Assembly: GCA_900617105.1 (NCBI GenBank)
Contig: UYFQ01000090.1
Span: 1 to 52,778 of the forward strand
Origin: Hydrurus foetidus
Taxonomy: Eukaryota
Direction of reading: 5' to 3'
Length of the DNA: 52,778 nt
How positions within the stretch are numbered: the stretch's first letter is position 1; each line of letters opens with the position of its first letter. The position numbers were made by a program, and so were the translations under genes. Positions 1 to 10,985 of the stretch are shown piece after piece. The notes under the pieces are model-generated. The model did no database searches, was not told where the DNA came from, and saw only the letters and a program-made list of their open reading frames with translations.

Positions 1-2442
1 TATGTACTATTAGAATTATTATTCTTTCTTCTTTCCATTTGTGAAATAGTTTTGGATCCCATGGAGTATTCTTGTATCCACATTCTTTGACACACATGTC
101 TAACTTAATACTGAAATTTCTTCCTGAATTGGGATTCCCGTATACATTTCCTAATGATTGGATGCACATTCCTTCAGGAATACTGTATCCTTCTGGAGTC
201 TTAATGAATATTGGATACGCTTCATTTGCTCTTGTAACTAAATAAGCACCTTCCAAATCTCCACCCCGCATTGTGCATTTATATGCAGCAGCAATAGCTA
301 CGGCTATTTTGATTGATGTTGCTGATACATTGCCACAATACACATCATTTGGATGGTAGTGGACGTATGGCTTCATTAAATCACCCCGTGCTACAAGGCG
401 CGCTTTCAGTGTGCCATCAGTTTTGATGTTGAATAGCCACATCATTGATACGAGTTGTTGTCCATTGTATGGAACAACTGTGAAACAATCATTCTTGTCA
501 AATTTTTCACATTCCTTGTCTATTGCAGCTTTCCAAGCTGGTATATGTACTGCTTGTTTAAAGCATTTGGGTACACGAGGATCTATTGGTACACCTAATT
601 TTGAGTAGTGTTGTGTCTCACACATACTTAGAGCGTATTCTTCATTTCTTACATTCATATTATACCAATATACAGGATCATTATTTTCATCTGTGTATGG
701 CATATTGACTATATTAATATTATTTTCATTTGTGTCTTCAAAAGGAATAGGTTCATTTCTATTTTGTTCTGCTAAGACATCTGCTCTTTCTGGGAAATCA
801 GGTTCGAATGTTTCTCCAGCTGGTTCAACATATGGTTGAGCCAATTCTCCCTGGAGTTCATCGGGTGCTGTTTTCGATGTAAGAATGGTACATAATGATC
901 TGTGTATACGAATTCACGATCGTACGGTTCTTCATCATTGGTGTATATACTAAAGTCTATTGTTGGGTCAAATATTACATCTTTACTTTCACGGATTCGT
1001 CCATATTTACCATTTTCATATGGAATTACGAAGTAGTTAGGAAAAAGAAGGAATGTATTTGAGTAACCACAAAACTTAGCTTTATACGCTCTTCTTGCAC
1101 CTAATTTGACACGTTCAGCTAGAGGTATGAATACATAGCATGACGACCAAAAAGGTTGTAAATATTTTATATTAATTGGTTGTCCTGTTATTTTCATATA
1201 TGGGGATGTTCCTATTACTTTTGAGAAATTATATGATGCAGTGTCGCAAGCATATGTCATTGCCAAATCCCAATATATTTGAGGGACTGGATTATCTGGG
1301 CTAAGCATTGCAACGTTTGTTTTCGCTACAATTACTCCTACAGCTCTTTCAGCTACACCACCAGCATGTTTGTCTCTTGATGGTGTGCGTTCAAGTTGAT
1401 ATCCTTTTGAACTAACAAATGCTGAGAATTCATTTGATCTATAATTTCTTTCTGGGTCAAGTCGAATGAACCGACGAGTATCGGTATCATGGACATATTG
1501 CCATTCAGGGTGTTGATTAAATAATTTTAAACTCTGAGCACATAATTCATGAGCTGACCTATCTTTTGTATAAACCGGATAACAACGACGCGTTGCTAAA
1601 TCCGTATAAATATCACAATGCTTATATCCTCTTGCGGAATAGCAATTGTGCTGGTATGCATCCAGAGAGAAACATTGTCCTGGTTTAACAGGAAGATCTC
1701 TATGTTCTCTTCTGTGATCAGTCCCAGTTTGATGCATGGTGCCATATACGCAACCTTTGCATGGACCGCGTTGTTTGTTTGCATCCTCTTCAGTAAATTT
1801 TGCATTTGTAGAATTCTTTAGATGCCATAACATTCCAATATTTCCGGGATGTCCGGTAACCATGTGTACGTGGTCATATAATGACACGGGTTTAAATTGT
1901 GTCAAATATAATGTTGCTGGAATATTTGTTTTTATTATTGTTTCTTTACAACTAGGAGAAGGTGTTGTTTGAACTATGTCTTTGTTACTAACAACTTTAT
2001 TGATTACTTTTTCTTCATTTTGATTATATACATATACACCATTTGATATGTAACCACGAATAATCTCAATTCCTAATTTATCTATTAATGCCAATGCTTC
2101 TCTAATAGATTCTATTGAAAAACATCTCATTCCTTCTGATGTAAAGATAACAACATTTTGTGATCCAGATAGTCCGCCATTACATAGTTGGGAGATTGAA
2201 ATTAATGTTTCTTTCATCCCTTCCATAAGTATAATGTCGAGACCCAATGGTCCATATAGTCCTGTCGCTTTTGATTCTATGGCGGGACCGAAAGCTGGAG
2301 TTGCTTTGATACCCTGACCATATATTATGTGACGGAGTAGTGTAGGATCAGATGTGGCACATGTTGACGCACCAGAGTCGAATATTATTTGCCCTTGCAT
2401 TTTCATTGATTTAATATTATGATTTATTCTTAGAGATTTCAA
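1..2442 (-). pseudogene. pol: copia pol (protease, integrase, N-terminal RT), frameshifted near 870
   Basis: IFDSGAST protease; HVHMVTGH..CKGC HHCC; FSLD/IRLD/VAER DDE triad. After the frameshift: WKAAIDKECEKF...MMWLFNIKTDGTLKARLVARG RT start (~545-385). Confidence 0.9.
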
Positions 2443-5400
2443 TTGTTTTCTATTGGTTGAATATCAGTACTTTCATTTATTTCATTTGATTCGTTCATAT
2501 TGTCATCATTTTCAGATTCATTTAACTTTAATCTTTTTGAATCATGTTCTTTTACTAAACTTTCAAATTTATTTTTATATCTAATTTGTCTTTCTTCCAA
2601 GTTTTCATTTTCATTTTCATCATCATCATCACTAATATCTTTTTCAAATTCTGTTATTGCATCTTTATATACTACATGTTCTTCACCTTCATTTATATTA
2701 CTATCTATTTCTGGTTCTGGTTCAGGTTGATTTACATCATAACCTTTTAATTTTCTATATTTTCCAAGCTGATCATAGTCTACAATTCTTACACCTCCAA
2801 CATATTCAATGTATTTGGGTGTTTCAATACTAAATGGAGGTGATTTAACAGATTCCATTGATATTGGACTATCAGGAATATCAACTCTATCATATGACAT
2901 ATCACTTGATTCATTATCACTTTGATCTGATGTATGTATATACATTGGAGACAATTCTTCTGTTGTTCTTGTTACTACATCTACATCAAAAATCGGTGAT
3001 TGAGCTCTGTCATATAAGACTGTTATCATTGGTCTTTTTACCACGTCTTTTGACGATTGAAGTGAGTGTATTAATTCATCCAATTCATTCGTTATTTTTG
3101 ATGACAATGTTCTTTTTACCAAGTCATTAATTGGTCTTACTAATCTTGCTATTACTAAGAATGCATCTCTAATTCCAAACATAACAAATGATGGATCATT
3201 TTCTTTAAGTATATCCATTTTCAATGATCTTCTTAATAAGTCTTCTTTATCCAGATTTGAATTCTCGTGATAATATCCAACATGTTGTCCCGCAAATGCG
3301 ACAAAGTCGAATATTATTGCGTGCAAAACTGTATCAATGAATAATGTGTTATTAATTACTTCATTGAATTGTGTATATTGATCAAGACGTTTTATTACTT
3401 CCGCATATTCACTAACACAAGTCATTTGAGACCAATAGTGTCCTGGTCTAGTTGAAGGAATATATTTTTCCGTCACCCCGTCAATACAGTATGGATTGAA
3501 TTTCATAAAGTGTTGAGGTCCGGCCTTTTCATCAGCAGGAGGAAGAACTATACATGCTTGTAATAGTGTAGCTCCTATCTGATACATCAGGTGCATCCAT
3601 TTAACTGTCGGAGTGCGTATATCCTTTCTACGTGTAGTAGATGGATTTTTATGCCACCCAAAGAGATCAGTATACTGATTTGATCTTTCTTGATTATCTT
3701 TAATTGTTCTTTTGTTTTTGAATAAGAAAATGTACGGAACTATTGTTGTTGCAGGATCATTTCTATTATATTCCATTACATATAAATGAAACAAATAGTA
3801 TTGTTCTGCTAACAATATTGCGGCATTTATTGCCCTTTGGGGAATAGAACATGCAGAATAATTGTTTTGTACATTTTGGAGTAGAGATCTTTGATGACTT
3901 TTCATTTCATTTTGATTCATTTTTCCATTGTAAATTTTATTTTTATATTCTTGATTCTGCCTATCAGTTTTTATTACTCTTTGATCATTTGGTGTTATTC
4001 GCACTCGCATTAATGTATTGTGTTTTTCTTCATTTGACTGATAAGGTGGTGCAGAAGGGTTACCCCAACTTGAGAATGCACGCACCTGATGTTCAGTTTC
4101 AGTATCTTGCGATCTCATCCAATTTAATCTTTTAATTTGCGCTTTAGAATATCCACCCCGTATACTTGGATCACCAACCTTTGGTCCTACTGAGTCAATT
4201 TGTGCTTGACTTAAATCAAATTGTACTGACTTTTTATAAGGAATTGTATTTGGTTGGGTTTGTTGGATTTTATTTTCATTGTCTGGATTCATTTCATGCT
4301 TGTATTTGCATGTTGGTCTGTTACAAGTTCCTTTTTGAAATCCAAAACAATAACCACCATTCTTAACCGGTCTTTTGCTTTCTCCAGCATTGTCCGGTAA
4401 GGATCTAGCATCTTGAATTTTATTTTTGTTATTAATATCATAATTATAAGCTGGATTATATTGTTGTTGTTTACCCGGATTTTGCGGCGGATTTGACAAA
4501 GCTTGATATTGATTTAATTTTGCTTGAGACTGATTTTGAATTGTATTTTGATACAGAGAATATTCAGAGCTACTTGACGTTTCAGGAAAAGATGTGACAC
4601 TTGCCATGCGAATGACCGCTGTTTCAGGCGGCATTGCATCTGCAACTCTCAACATAATTCCCATCGACTCATTATAACTTGTGTTATTCACGACACAAGC
4701 AGCAAATGATGAAGCGATCTTAGGTCTTGGGTCAGCATCTAACCGATCTGATACCCAAGCCATTTTCTCGACGTCAGTCATCATTCTACTCTGTGCGTGT
4801 TCTAGATTAGAGAATAATTGTTCCCATTTAGAGTATTCTAATCTAAAATGAACACTTGGATTTATTTGGTACGTGTCCAATGCTCTTCTTGCGAATTTCA
4901 CGTCCTGTTGCTTTTGACCGAATATATAACTGATCATTTCTCGATAAGATGCAATTCCATTTCGTAACTTTTGATTTATTATAGATATATTATGGTGCAA
5001 AGTTTTTGAAAACATAATGTAAACTAGAGAAAATAGTCTATCATTATCATGAATATAATGGAATGCATCATCTTCTTCGAGAACTACTCTTTCAATAATT
5101 GGCTCCGATGATATTGAGTCAATTGATTTCTCATCTTCATATTCAACTCTAGGAACTAATATAATTTTTCTAATCGAGAAACCATGAATATTTTCTTCTG
5201 TCATTATTGGCTCGGTACGATGACCTTCAATAAGGGTAAGTAACCCCGTTGTTGATAGTACCGAATGTATCATACGCAGACGGTGAAATTTGTCTGGCGT
5301 ATTGATATCAATGATATATTTCGAAATTTCTGATATTAAAACTGTTGAATTTCGTTGGTAATGTATTCTTTTAACCATCTTTTCGCATGGTCTTTTCTTC

Positions 5401-5987
5401 GAATATTCATTCTTTTGTTCCTCATCGCTACTGCTACTATCCTTATCCCAGAATTCTGATTGCTTCGGCGTCGATCCGATTTTGGTATTGTTGTTCTTAT
5501 TCGAGTCCTTTCGACCCTTTATTATCGTTATTGAGGAATCGCTCGAAAAATTTTTGCGAGGGTTTCCCCCGTAATTCAATCTACTAGAAATTTTGCTACT
5601 ACTAACGGACGATTCATTATCGGACGGTACAGGACTAGATGGACTTGACGGACGGAGGTCTATAAGAATCGCTCTAGTCTCAGTGTTCCTAGACGAGGGT
5701 TGATCGCCTAGCGGCAGATCCACCCTTGGCGCGATGTCGATTAACCCTAACGGGTTATCTATAATCGGGCTCTCATCTCTTAACAACTGGATTTGGGCGA
5801 TTCTTCTATCTAAAGCTGCCCGGAATTGAGGGCTTTCCTCATCGATTACAACACCGATGGGAGGCTCCTCAATTCCTAATGCAGGAGTCAGAGGGAGAGT
5901 AGGAATTAGTGGGTTAGGTGTTGGCAGCGGAGGCTCATCGTCTTCTTCTGACGAGAATGGCCCCGGGCCTTTCTTTCCTTTGACCAT
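2439..5987 (-). CDS. gag: copia gag-like polyprotein with CCCH zinc finger and long uncharacterised C-terminal region
   Basis: 1182 aa ORF between PBS and pol; CFGFQKGTCNRPTCKYKH finger; colinear similarity with ORF 10986-13118. Confidence 0.8.
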   Translation of the reverse strand: MVKGKKGPGPFSSEEDDEPPLPTPNPLIPTLPLTPALGIEEPPIGVVIDEESPQFRAALDRRIAQIQLLRDESPIIDNPLGLIDIAPRVDLPLGDQPSSRNTETRAILIDLRPSSPSSPVPSDNESSVSSSKISSRLNYGGNPRKNFSSDSSITIIKGRKDSNKNNNTKIGSTPKQSEFWDKDSSSSDEEQKNEYSKKRPCEKMVKRIHYQRNSTVLISEISKYIIDINTPDKFHRLRMIHSVLSTTGLLTLIEGHRTEPIMTEENIHGFSIRKIILVPRVEYEDEKSIDSISSEPIIERVVLEEDDAFHYIHDNDRLFSLVYIMFSKTLHHNISIINQKLRNGIASYREMISYIFGQKQQDVKFARRALDTYQINPSVHFRLEYSKWEQLFSNLEHAQSRMMTDVEKMAWVSDRLDADPRPKIASSFAACVVNNTSYNESMGIMLRVADAMPPETAVIRMASVTSFPETSSSSEYSLYQNTIQNQSQAKLNQYQALSNPPQNPGKQQQYNPAYNYDINNKNKIQDARSLPDNAGESKRPVKNGGYCFGFQKGTCNRPTCKYKHEMNPDNENKIQQTQPNTIPYKKSVQFDLSQAQIDSVGPKVGDPSIRGGYSKAQIKRLNWMRSQDTETEHQVRAFSSWGNPSAPPYQSNEEKHNTLMRVRITPNDQRVIKTDRQNQEYKNKIYNGKMNQNEMKSHQRSLLQNVQNNYSACSIPQRAINAAILLAEQYYLFHLYVMEYNRNDPATTIVPYIFLFKNKRTIKDNQERSNQYTDLFGWHKNPSTTRRKDIRTPTVKWMHLMYQIGATLLQACIVLPPADEKAGPQHFMKFNPYCIDGVTEKYIPSTRPGHYWSQMTCVSEYAEVIKRLDQYTQFNEVINNTLFIDTVLHAIIFDFVAFAGQHVGYYHENSNLDKEDLLRRSLKMDILKENDPSFVMFGIRDAFLVIARLVRPINDLVKRTLSSKITNELDELIHSLQSSKDVVKRPMITVLYDRAQSPIFDVDVVTRTTEELSPMYIHTSDQSDNESSDMSYDRVDIPDSPISMESVKSPPFSIETPKYIEYVGGVRIVDYDQLGKYRKLKGYDVNQPEPEPEIDSNINEGEEHVVYKDAITEFEKDISDDDDENENENLEERQIRYKNKFESLVKEHDSKRLKLNESENDDNMNESNEINESTDIQPIENN

Positions 5988-6039
5988 GATTTTCTTGGGC
6001 AGAGGCTCTTAAAAACTATCTTTGAAGTCTTGAATGCTT

Positions 6040-6051
6040 CAATCGCTACCA
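6040..6051 (-). promoter_or_regulatory. primer binding site (probably tRNA-iMet type)
   Basis: TGGTAGCGATTG abutting the LTR CA end; the identical 12-mer occurs at 13194-13205 in copia 2. Confidence 0.75.
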
Positions 6052-6567
6052 TGTGAGTTGCCACGGGTTGGCACGAAGTCGGGAGGACATATCGTGGATG
6101 GCCAAATGAAGATGGAAAGGTTTTGGTTAGTAAATTCGATTTAAGAATTAGAAACTGGCACGGAGGCCACAAAGCATAAAATCATGTTGCACATCATGTC
6201 TACCTGCCGTACAATAATAAGATCTCAATCGTCATGCGCATGCAATTTGACTGGCTCTCGTAGATTTGCATCTACGTTGTTGTATAGGCGAGATAGTAGC
6301 TACTCAACTGTAAATATGACGTTTGTACTAAAAGCTAGACTTTTGGTACCAAGTACCGGATAAATACTATACAGCTGTGGTTATTATGGTGTAACAATGG
6401 CAATATACGTGATACGAATTGGCATTGAGGAAGCGACTTGGTGCACATTGCACACCAATAACAATCTACAAATTGTGTTTACTTATGATATTCTATCATG
6501 CTAATTGTTGATTATCCAAATGGTAATATACAGCTATAACTAGCACTTATCGCTGTTATATACCGAC

Positions 6568-7939
6568 AAGAATCTCTCGGTAGTCCATGACTTCCACTCT
6601 TCGCACTCGTCGCGAATTGCTCTCTCAGTGCAATACTGCCTTTGCAGGAGTGTTACAAGAGATTGCTCGACGTCTAATGGTACCACGTCAAGAAACGTAT
6701 AGGGGTAACCATTCTTGCGAAGGTCATTGGTGATGCTTAAAACTTCCAGATGAGTTGGAACCTTGCAGAGCTTTCTAATCTTTTCATGAGGTGTTAGATA
6801 GCGTGCAGCAAGGTTTGGAACAACAACATCGTTAGTAACACCAGCAACGGTAGCAAAAGTTGCCACACTCTGAACATTACTATTCATGACATTGCTGTCT
6901 GAAGTGAGCAACAAGGAATCGGTTTGCACCGGGTTTGCAGGCAAAAATGCGGCAGATAACACGGACAACACAGGCAAAGCAGGCAAAACATCACGCACAA
7001 TGACAGGTGCAGGCGTGATGTCGGTGGCGGCGATGGCGGTGATTGGCGGTGATTGGCGGTGATTGGCGGTGATGGCGGTGATGGCGGTGATGGCGGTGGT
7101 GTCGGCGGTGGCGGATGTCCTCGTAGATGATGGTGATGATGGCGCTGGTGGCGAAAGCGCCAGCTCCAAAGATACTCCATCCACTTGCTGGGGAAGTTGT
7201 TGATGTTCAACAGAGACTTCCCCCGCTTGGGATATCGCTAGATCCGCTGGCAGAGCTCCAGATGGGGCGGAAGATGGCTGCAAAAAAAATTTGCAAGGGG
7301 TTTGCCCCTCCCACGCCGGGGGCCAAATTCGAGAGGGGATTAGAGGCGATAGATAGATGTGCTGCGACGTCAGTCGCAGCAAAAGATGGATCTGGAAGCG
7401 AGGGAGGATTCGCCGAGTCGGAATCTCCCGTTGTGCTAGCGTCCATGGTGTCGGCGATGATTTCGACGATGGCGTCTGTTGATGGCGCTTCCTGAGAAAT
7501 CGACAGGGGAGCCATCGAAACGGCCGATGCCCCGGAAAGTCTTCGTCGGTTGCTGGAAACCATACTGGTGATCAGTGCCAGATGGTCGTCGGATGCCGTC
7601 GGATGAAAAAATCTATCTAGCTCTCCAGTAACGAGAGTTTGTCTAACAACTCTCAATATTAATATTGTAGTCGCGGTCGGATTCGAATACGAAGAATCCG
7701 GGTAAAGACGGTATGCTTAGGTAAACTGTTAGGTTAGTTACAGTTTGTGAAAGAAGAGAGCAAACAGTTAACGACAGACACAAACGATAGGCTACAAGGG
7801 TGCTGATGGTGATGAGCGTCCGTTACCGGTGGACAGGTGATGTGGATGAAAATAGACTATGGGTACGTGAATTATATACATACGTGAATTATATACAAGT
7901 GTGTACGAAGCGTGCGGTGAACGTGCGTGCTAGGCTACA
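6568..7939 (-). mobile_element. 5' fragment of an LTR retrotransposon (family A): 274 bp LTR plus degenerate gag-like ORF
   Basis: Inverted near-copy of 51171-52490. LTR 7666-7939 has TGTAGC...GACTACA termini. It interrupts copia 2 RT at 7940. Confidence 0.8.
7020..7112. repeat. 9-10 bp GGCGGTGAT(T) tandem array inside the gag-like ORF
   Basis: Directly visible; fewer units in the copy at ~51995-52040. Confidence 0.9.
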
Positions 7940-10900
7940 CTGCAATGCTTAGTGCCATCTTGATGGAACTCGATGATACATTTCCACAGTATACGGCATC
8001 AGGGTCGAAGTCCACGAGTGGTATCATCATATCTCCCCGTCCCACTAAACGGGCCTTTTTTGTACCGTCGGTTTTTATACTAAAAAGCCACATCATTGGT
8101 ACCAGGTGTTGGTCAATGTATGGTACTACATGTAAACATGAGTTCTTCTCGAATTTCTTTAATTCAGTATCTATTGCGTTTTTCCATTCAGGTATAGCCA
8201 TAGCTTTCCAGAATGATTTTGAAATTGATGAATAGTTTTTCGTGATGACTTGCTTCAATCAATGAGAGGAAATGTTCGTGATTTCTAACATGAGTAGAGT
8301 ACCAGTAGACAGCATCGTCATTTTCAATGTTTTGAATCGGTGTATTAATACCAATGTCATTATCATCGATGTCGGATTTGTTATTTGTATCTCTAATTGG
8401 TGTTGGATCAAACGGTATATTCTGTTTTGTTGATTTGATATTAGTCGATCCAGATTTATTAACAATTTTGTTATTGTTAATCACATTTGGATGTATTTTC
8501 GCTGGAATAGGATTTTCAGGAGTTCGATTCTGAATAATGCAAGGTATTACAGGTACAGGGTGTATTGGAATAGCTGGAGTTGCTAGTTGTTGTTCAGAAT
8601 CTTTTTCAACTACCTTGTTAGCTGGTAGGACTGCAGAGATATCGTTATTGATATTCTGGTGTAAATTAGAAAAGTCAAGATCGGATGGGTACTCGTCCGT
8701 GTAATGATAATTATTGTCTTTGTCGAAAATGACGTCCTTACTTGTCCTAATTTTGCCGAAGATTCCGGTTGGTAGTATTTCGATGACCTTAAAACAAGGC
8801 TCGAGCGTTCTCGATAAATCGTAACCAACGAATCTGGCTTTGTATGCACGAGGAAAACCGATTTTTCCTTTCCTATCTTCAAGCGCGATGTGAACCCAAC
8901 ATAAGCTCCAAAAGGCCTTGAGGTTCTTGAGGATTACATGCTTTCCAGTGATGAGATGATACGGTGATGTCTTGATTGCTGAATGGTAATTGAATGCATG
9001 GGTGATGCATGTATACTCAAAGGCAAGATCCCAAAACTTCTGTGGTACTGTCATCCCTAAAGGTTGCATGGTGATGTTGCACTTCATCGATAAGACGCCT
9101 ACTGCACGTTCTGCGATTCCATTTGCATGTTTGTCGCGAGGTGGTGTTGGCTCAAGTCGATATCCGAAGTTGTGTAGGCATTGGAAGAATTCAGCTGACC
9201 GATAGGATTTCTCTGCATCGGCTCTGATGAATCGGTCTACGCCTGGAAGCGAGGGCTTCCACTCAGGATGTGATTGGAAGAGGGTGGAGAAGCTTTTAAC
9301 AAGTTCTGCAGCTCCCCGGTCTTTCGTGAAGCATGGATAACTTCGTCTTGTAGATAAGTCCGTGATAATATCGCAGTACTTATAACCGGCCTGTGACCGG
9401 TGTGTATGTGTATACGCGTCAAGTGAGAATTGACTGCCGTAACAAGGAGATGGCAAACGGTGTATACGAAGATGGTCCGTAGAGGTCTGTCGCATCGTGC
9501 CCTGTACGCATGCTGCGCATATTGGTCTTGGTGTAGATGCATCCAAGTTGGAGTAGTGTGCTCCAATGGTGTGCTGTCGGTGCCAGGCCATACCCTCTTC
9601 GCCAGGGTGTCCTAGTACGCGATGCACGTGGTCGTAAATCGAAAGCTCCTTTACACTCGTGACCAAGAGTTGAGCCGGTTGCACTCAGTTGGAGTCAAGC
9701 AAGTAGAGGCTTTCCTCTACCTATCGCATTAAAGAACTTGCAGTCCTTTGAGGTGAAGATGCCCACAAATCCCTTTGCACACGCTTGAGACACTGAGAGC
9801 AGTGTGGTATCATTCATTTGGTCAATGACAATAGTCTTGAGCATGAATGGTGGGAGTAGTCCCATCTCAGTAGGCTGGGCAGTCTCCCCGAAAGCTGCTG
9901 AGACACTGCATGATGTAGGTCTAAGGTCACGGAGACTGCTGCGTAATCCAGTACCAGATGTAGATGCACCACTGTCAATGACTGTCTTGTGACTTGTCTT
10001 CTTGTATGACATGAATTTGCTGTCTTTGTTCGTTACCGTAAGTAAGTTGAAACTCTTCTTCTCAGCCAATGCTCTTGCCTTTGCACGACGTGTGGCAGAC
10101 ACTGAATCCCTTGATGGTGATTTGGCTGGTGGAGTGCGCATTCGATATAGCTCAGGGGTTGCCAAATCTGCCATTCGAGGATGCTCGACATCTTGTGTAG
10201 ATTGCTGGGAGTCGAGTACCATTGGAGGATGTTCAAGTTGTAATGGCTGTTGTCCTTCCTCCTTGATTGGATATTGGACATATGCAATCATACGAGGTAC
10301 ACCAGCAGTCTTAAGTGCTGGTACAATATCATCATTAACAAGAGGAGGGTCTTGAAGCATTGGTGGAGCATGCATTGAGCTTGACGTTCCAGGAGTCTCC
10401 TTGAGCTCATTATCATCTGATGTTTTGATGATCTTCCTGCGTGCTGGACGCTTGGTATCAGTCTGGATTGACGCCCATAGACTGCGTTTATGACCCATAA
10501 CGTATGGGTGATTATATCGAATGAGGTCTTCTTGGCATCTCCTGTGATGATCAGATGATGACCCCGGTGGAGTCATGTCTTCGTCATCATCTTCTGATTC
10601 ATCGTCACTATACTCGTCATCTTCATCATCATCAACATCATTGTCATCATCGTTTTCTTCAGTATGGTCAGTCGTCTCACTGAGCAGGTCCTTTCTGTTG
10701 ATGGCACTCATACGTGAATATGATGTTGTGATTGGACTTGTCTGCAATGCATAAGACTGTGGTGCTGGAGGCATTGGTTTGATGTTGTTGATGATTGCAG
10801 AAAAAGCATCGTGGAAGACTATTCGATCCAAGAACTGTGCGTTGGATCGATATGTATTCAATGTGAATATCACATGCTCTTGTCTGAGATTCGTCAGCTT

Positions 10901-10943
10901 GCATTTGCACTGCATCACGAAGTAGTTGGGCGCAGAATGACAT
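7940..10943 (-). pseudogene. pol: copia pol region broken by frameshifts and stops (ORFs 9695-10918, 8188-9684, 7935-8258)
   Basis: PR, integrase and RT motifs lie in successive frames. Confidence 0.85.
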
Positions 10944-10985
10944 GAAGTCGTAGATAATAGCCAGAGAGAGAATACGTAGAAGTTG

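Larger units (their letters stand above)
1..6373 (-). mobile_element. Ty1/copia LTR retrotransposon 1 (5' LTR, PBS, gag, pol; continues off the left edge)
   Basis: Domain order PR-IN-RT. PBS TGGTAGCGATTG directly follows an LTR end ...CTCACA at 6052. The outer LTR boundary is uncertain (6373 is a guess at a TGTATAG start). Confidence 0.88.

Noticed and set aside
2430..2460. Programmed gag/pol frameshift in copia 1
   Set aside because: No canonical slippery heptamer; the related copia 2 reads through the equivalent junction into the protease, so a mutation or sequencing indel is more likely.
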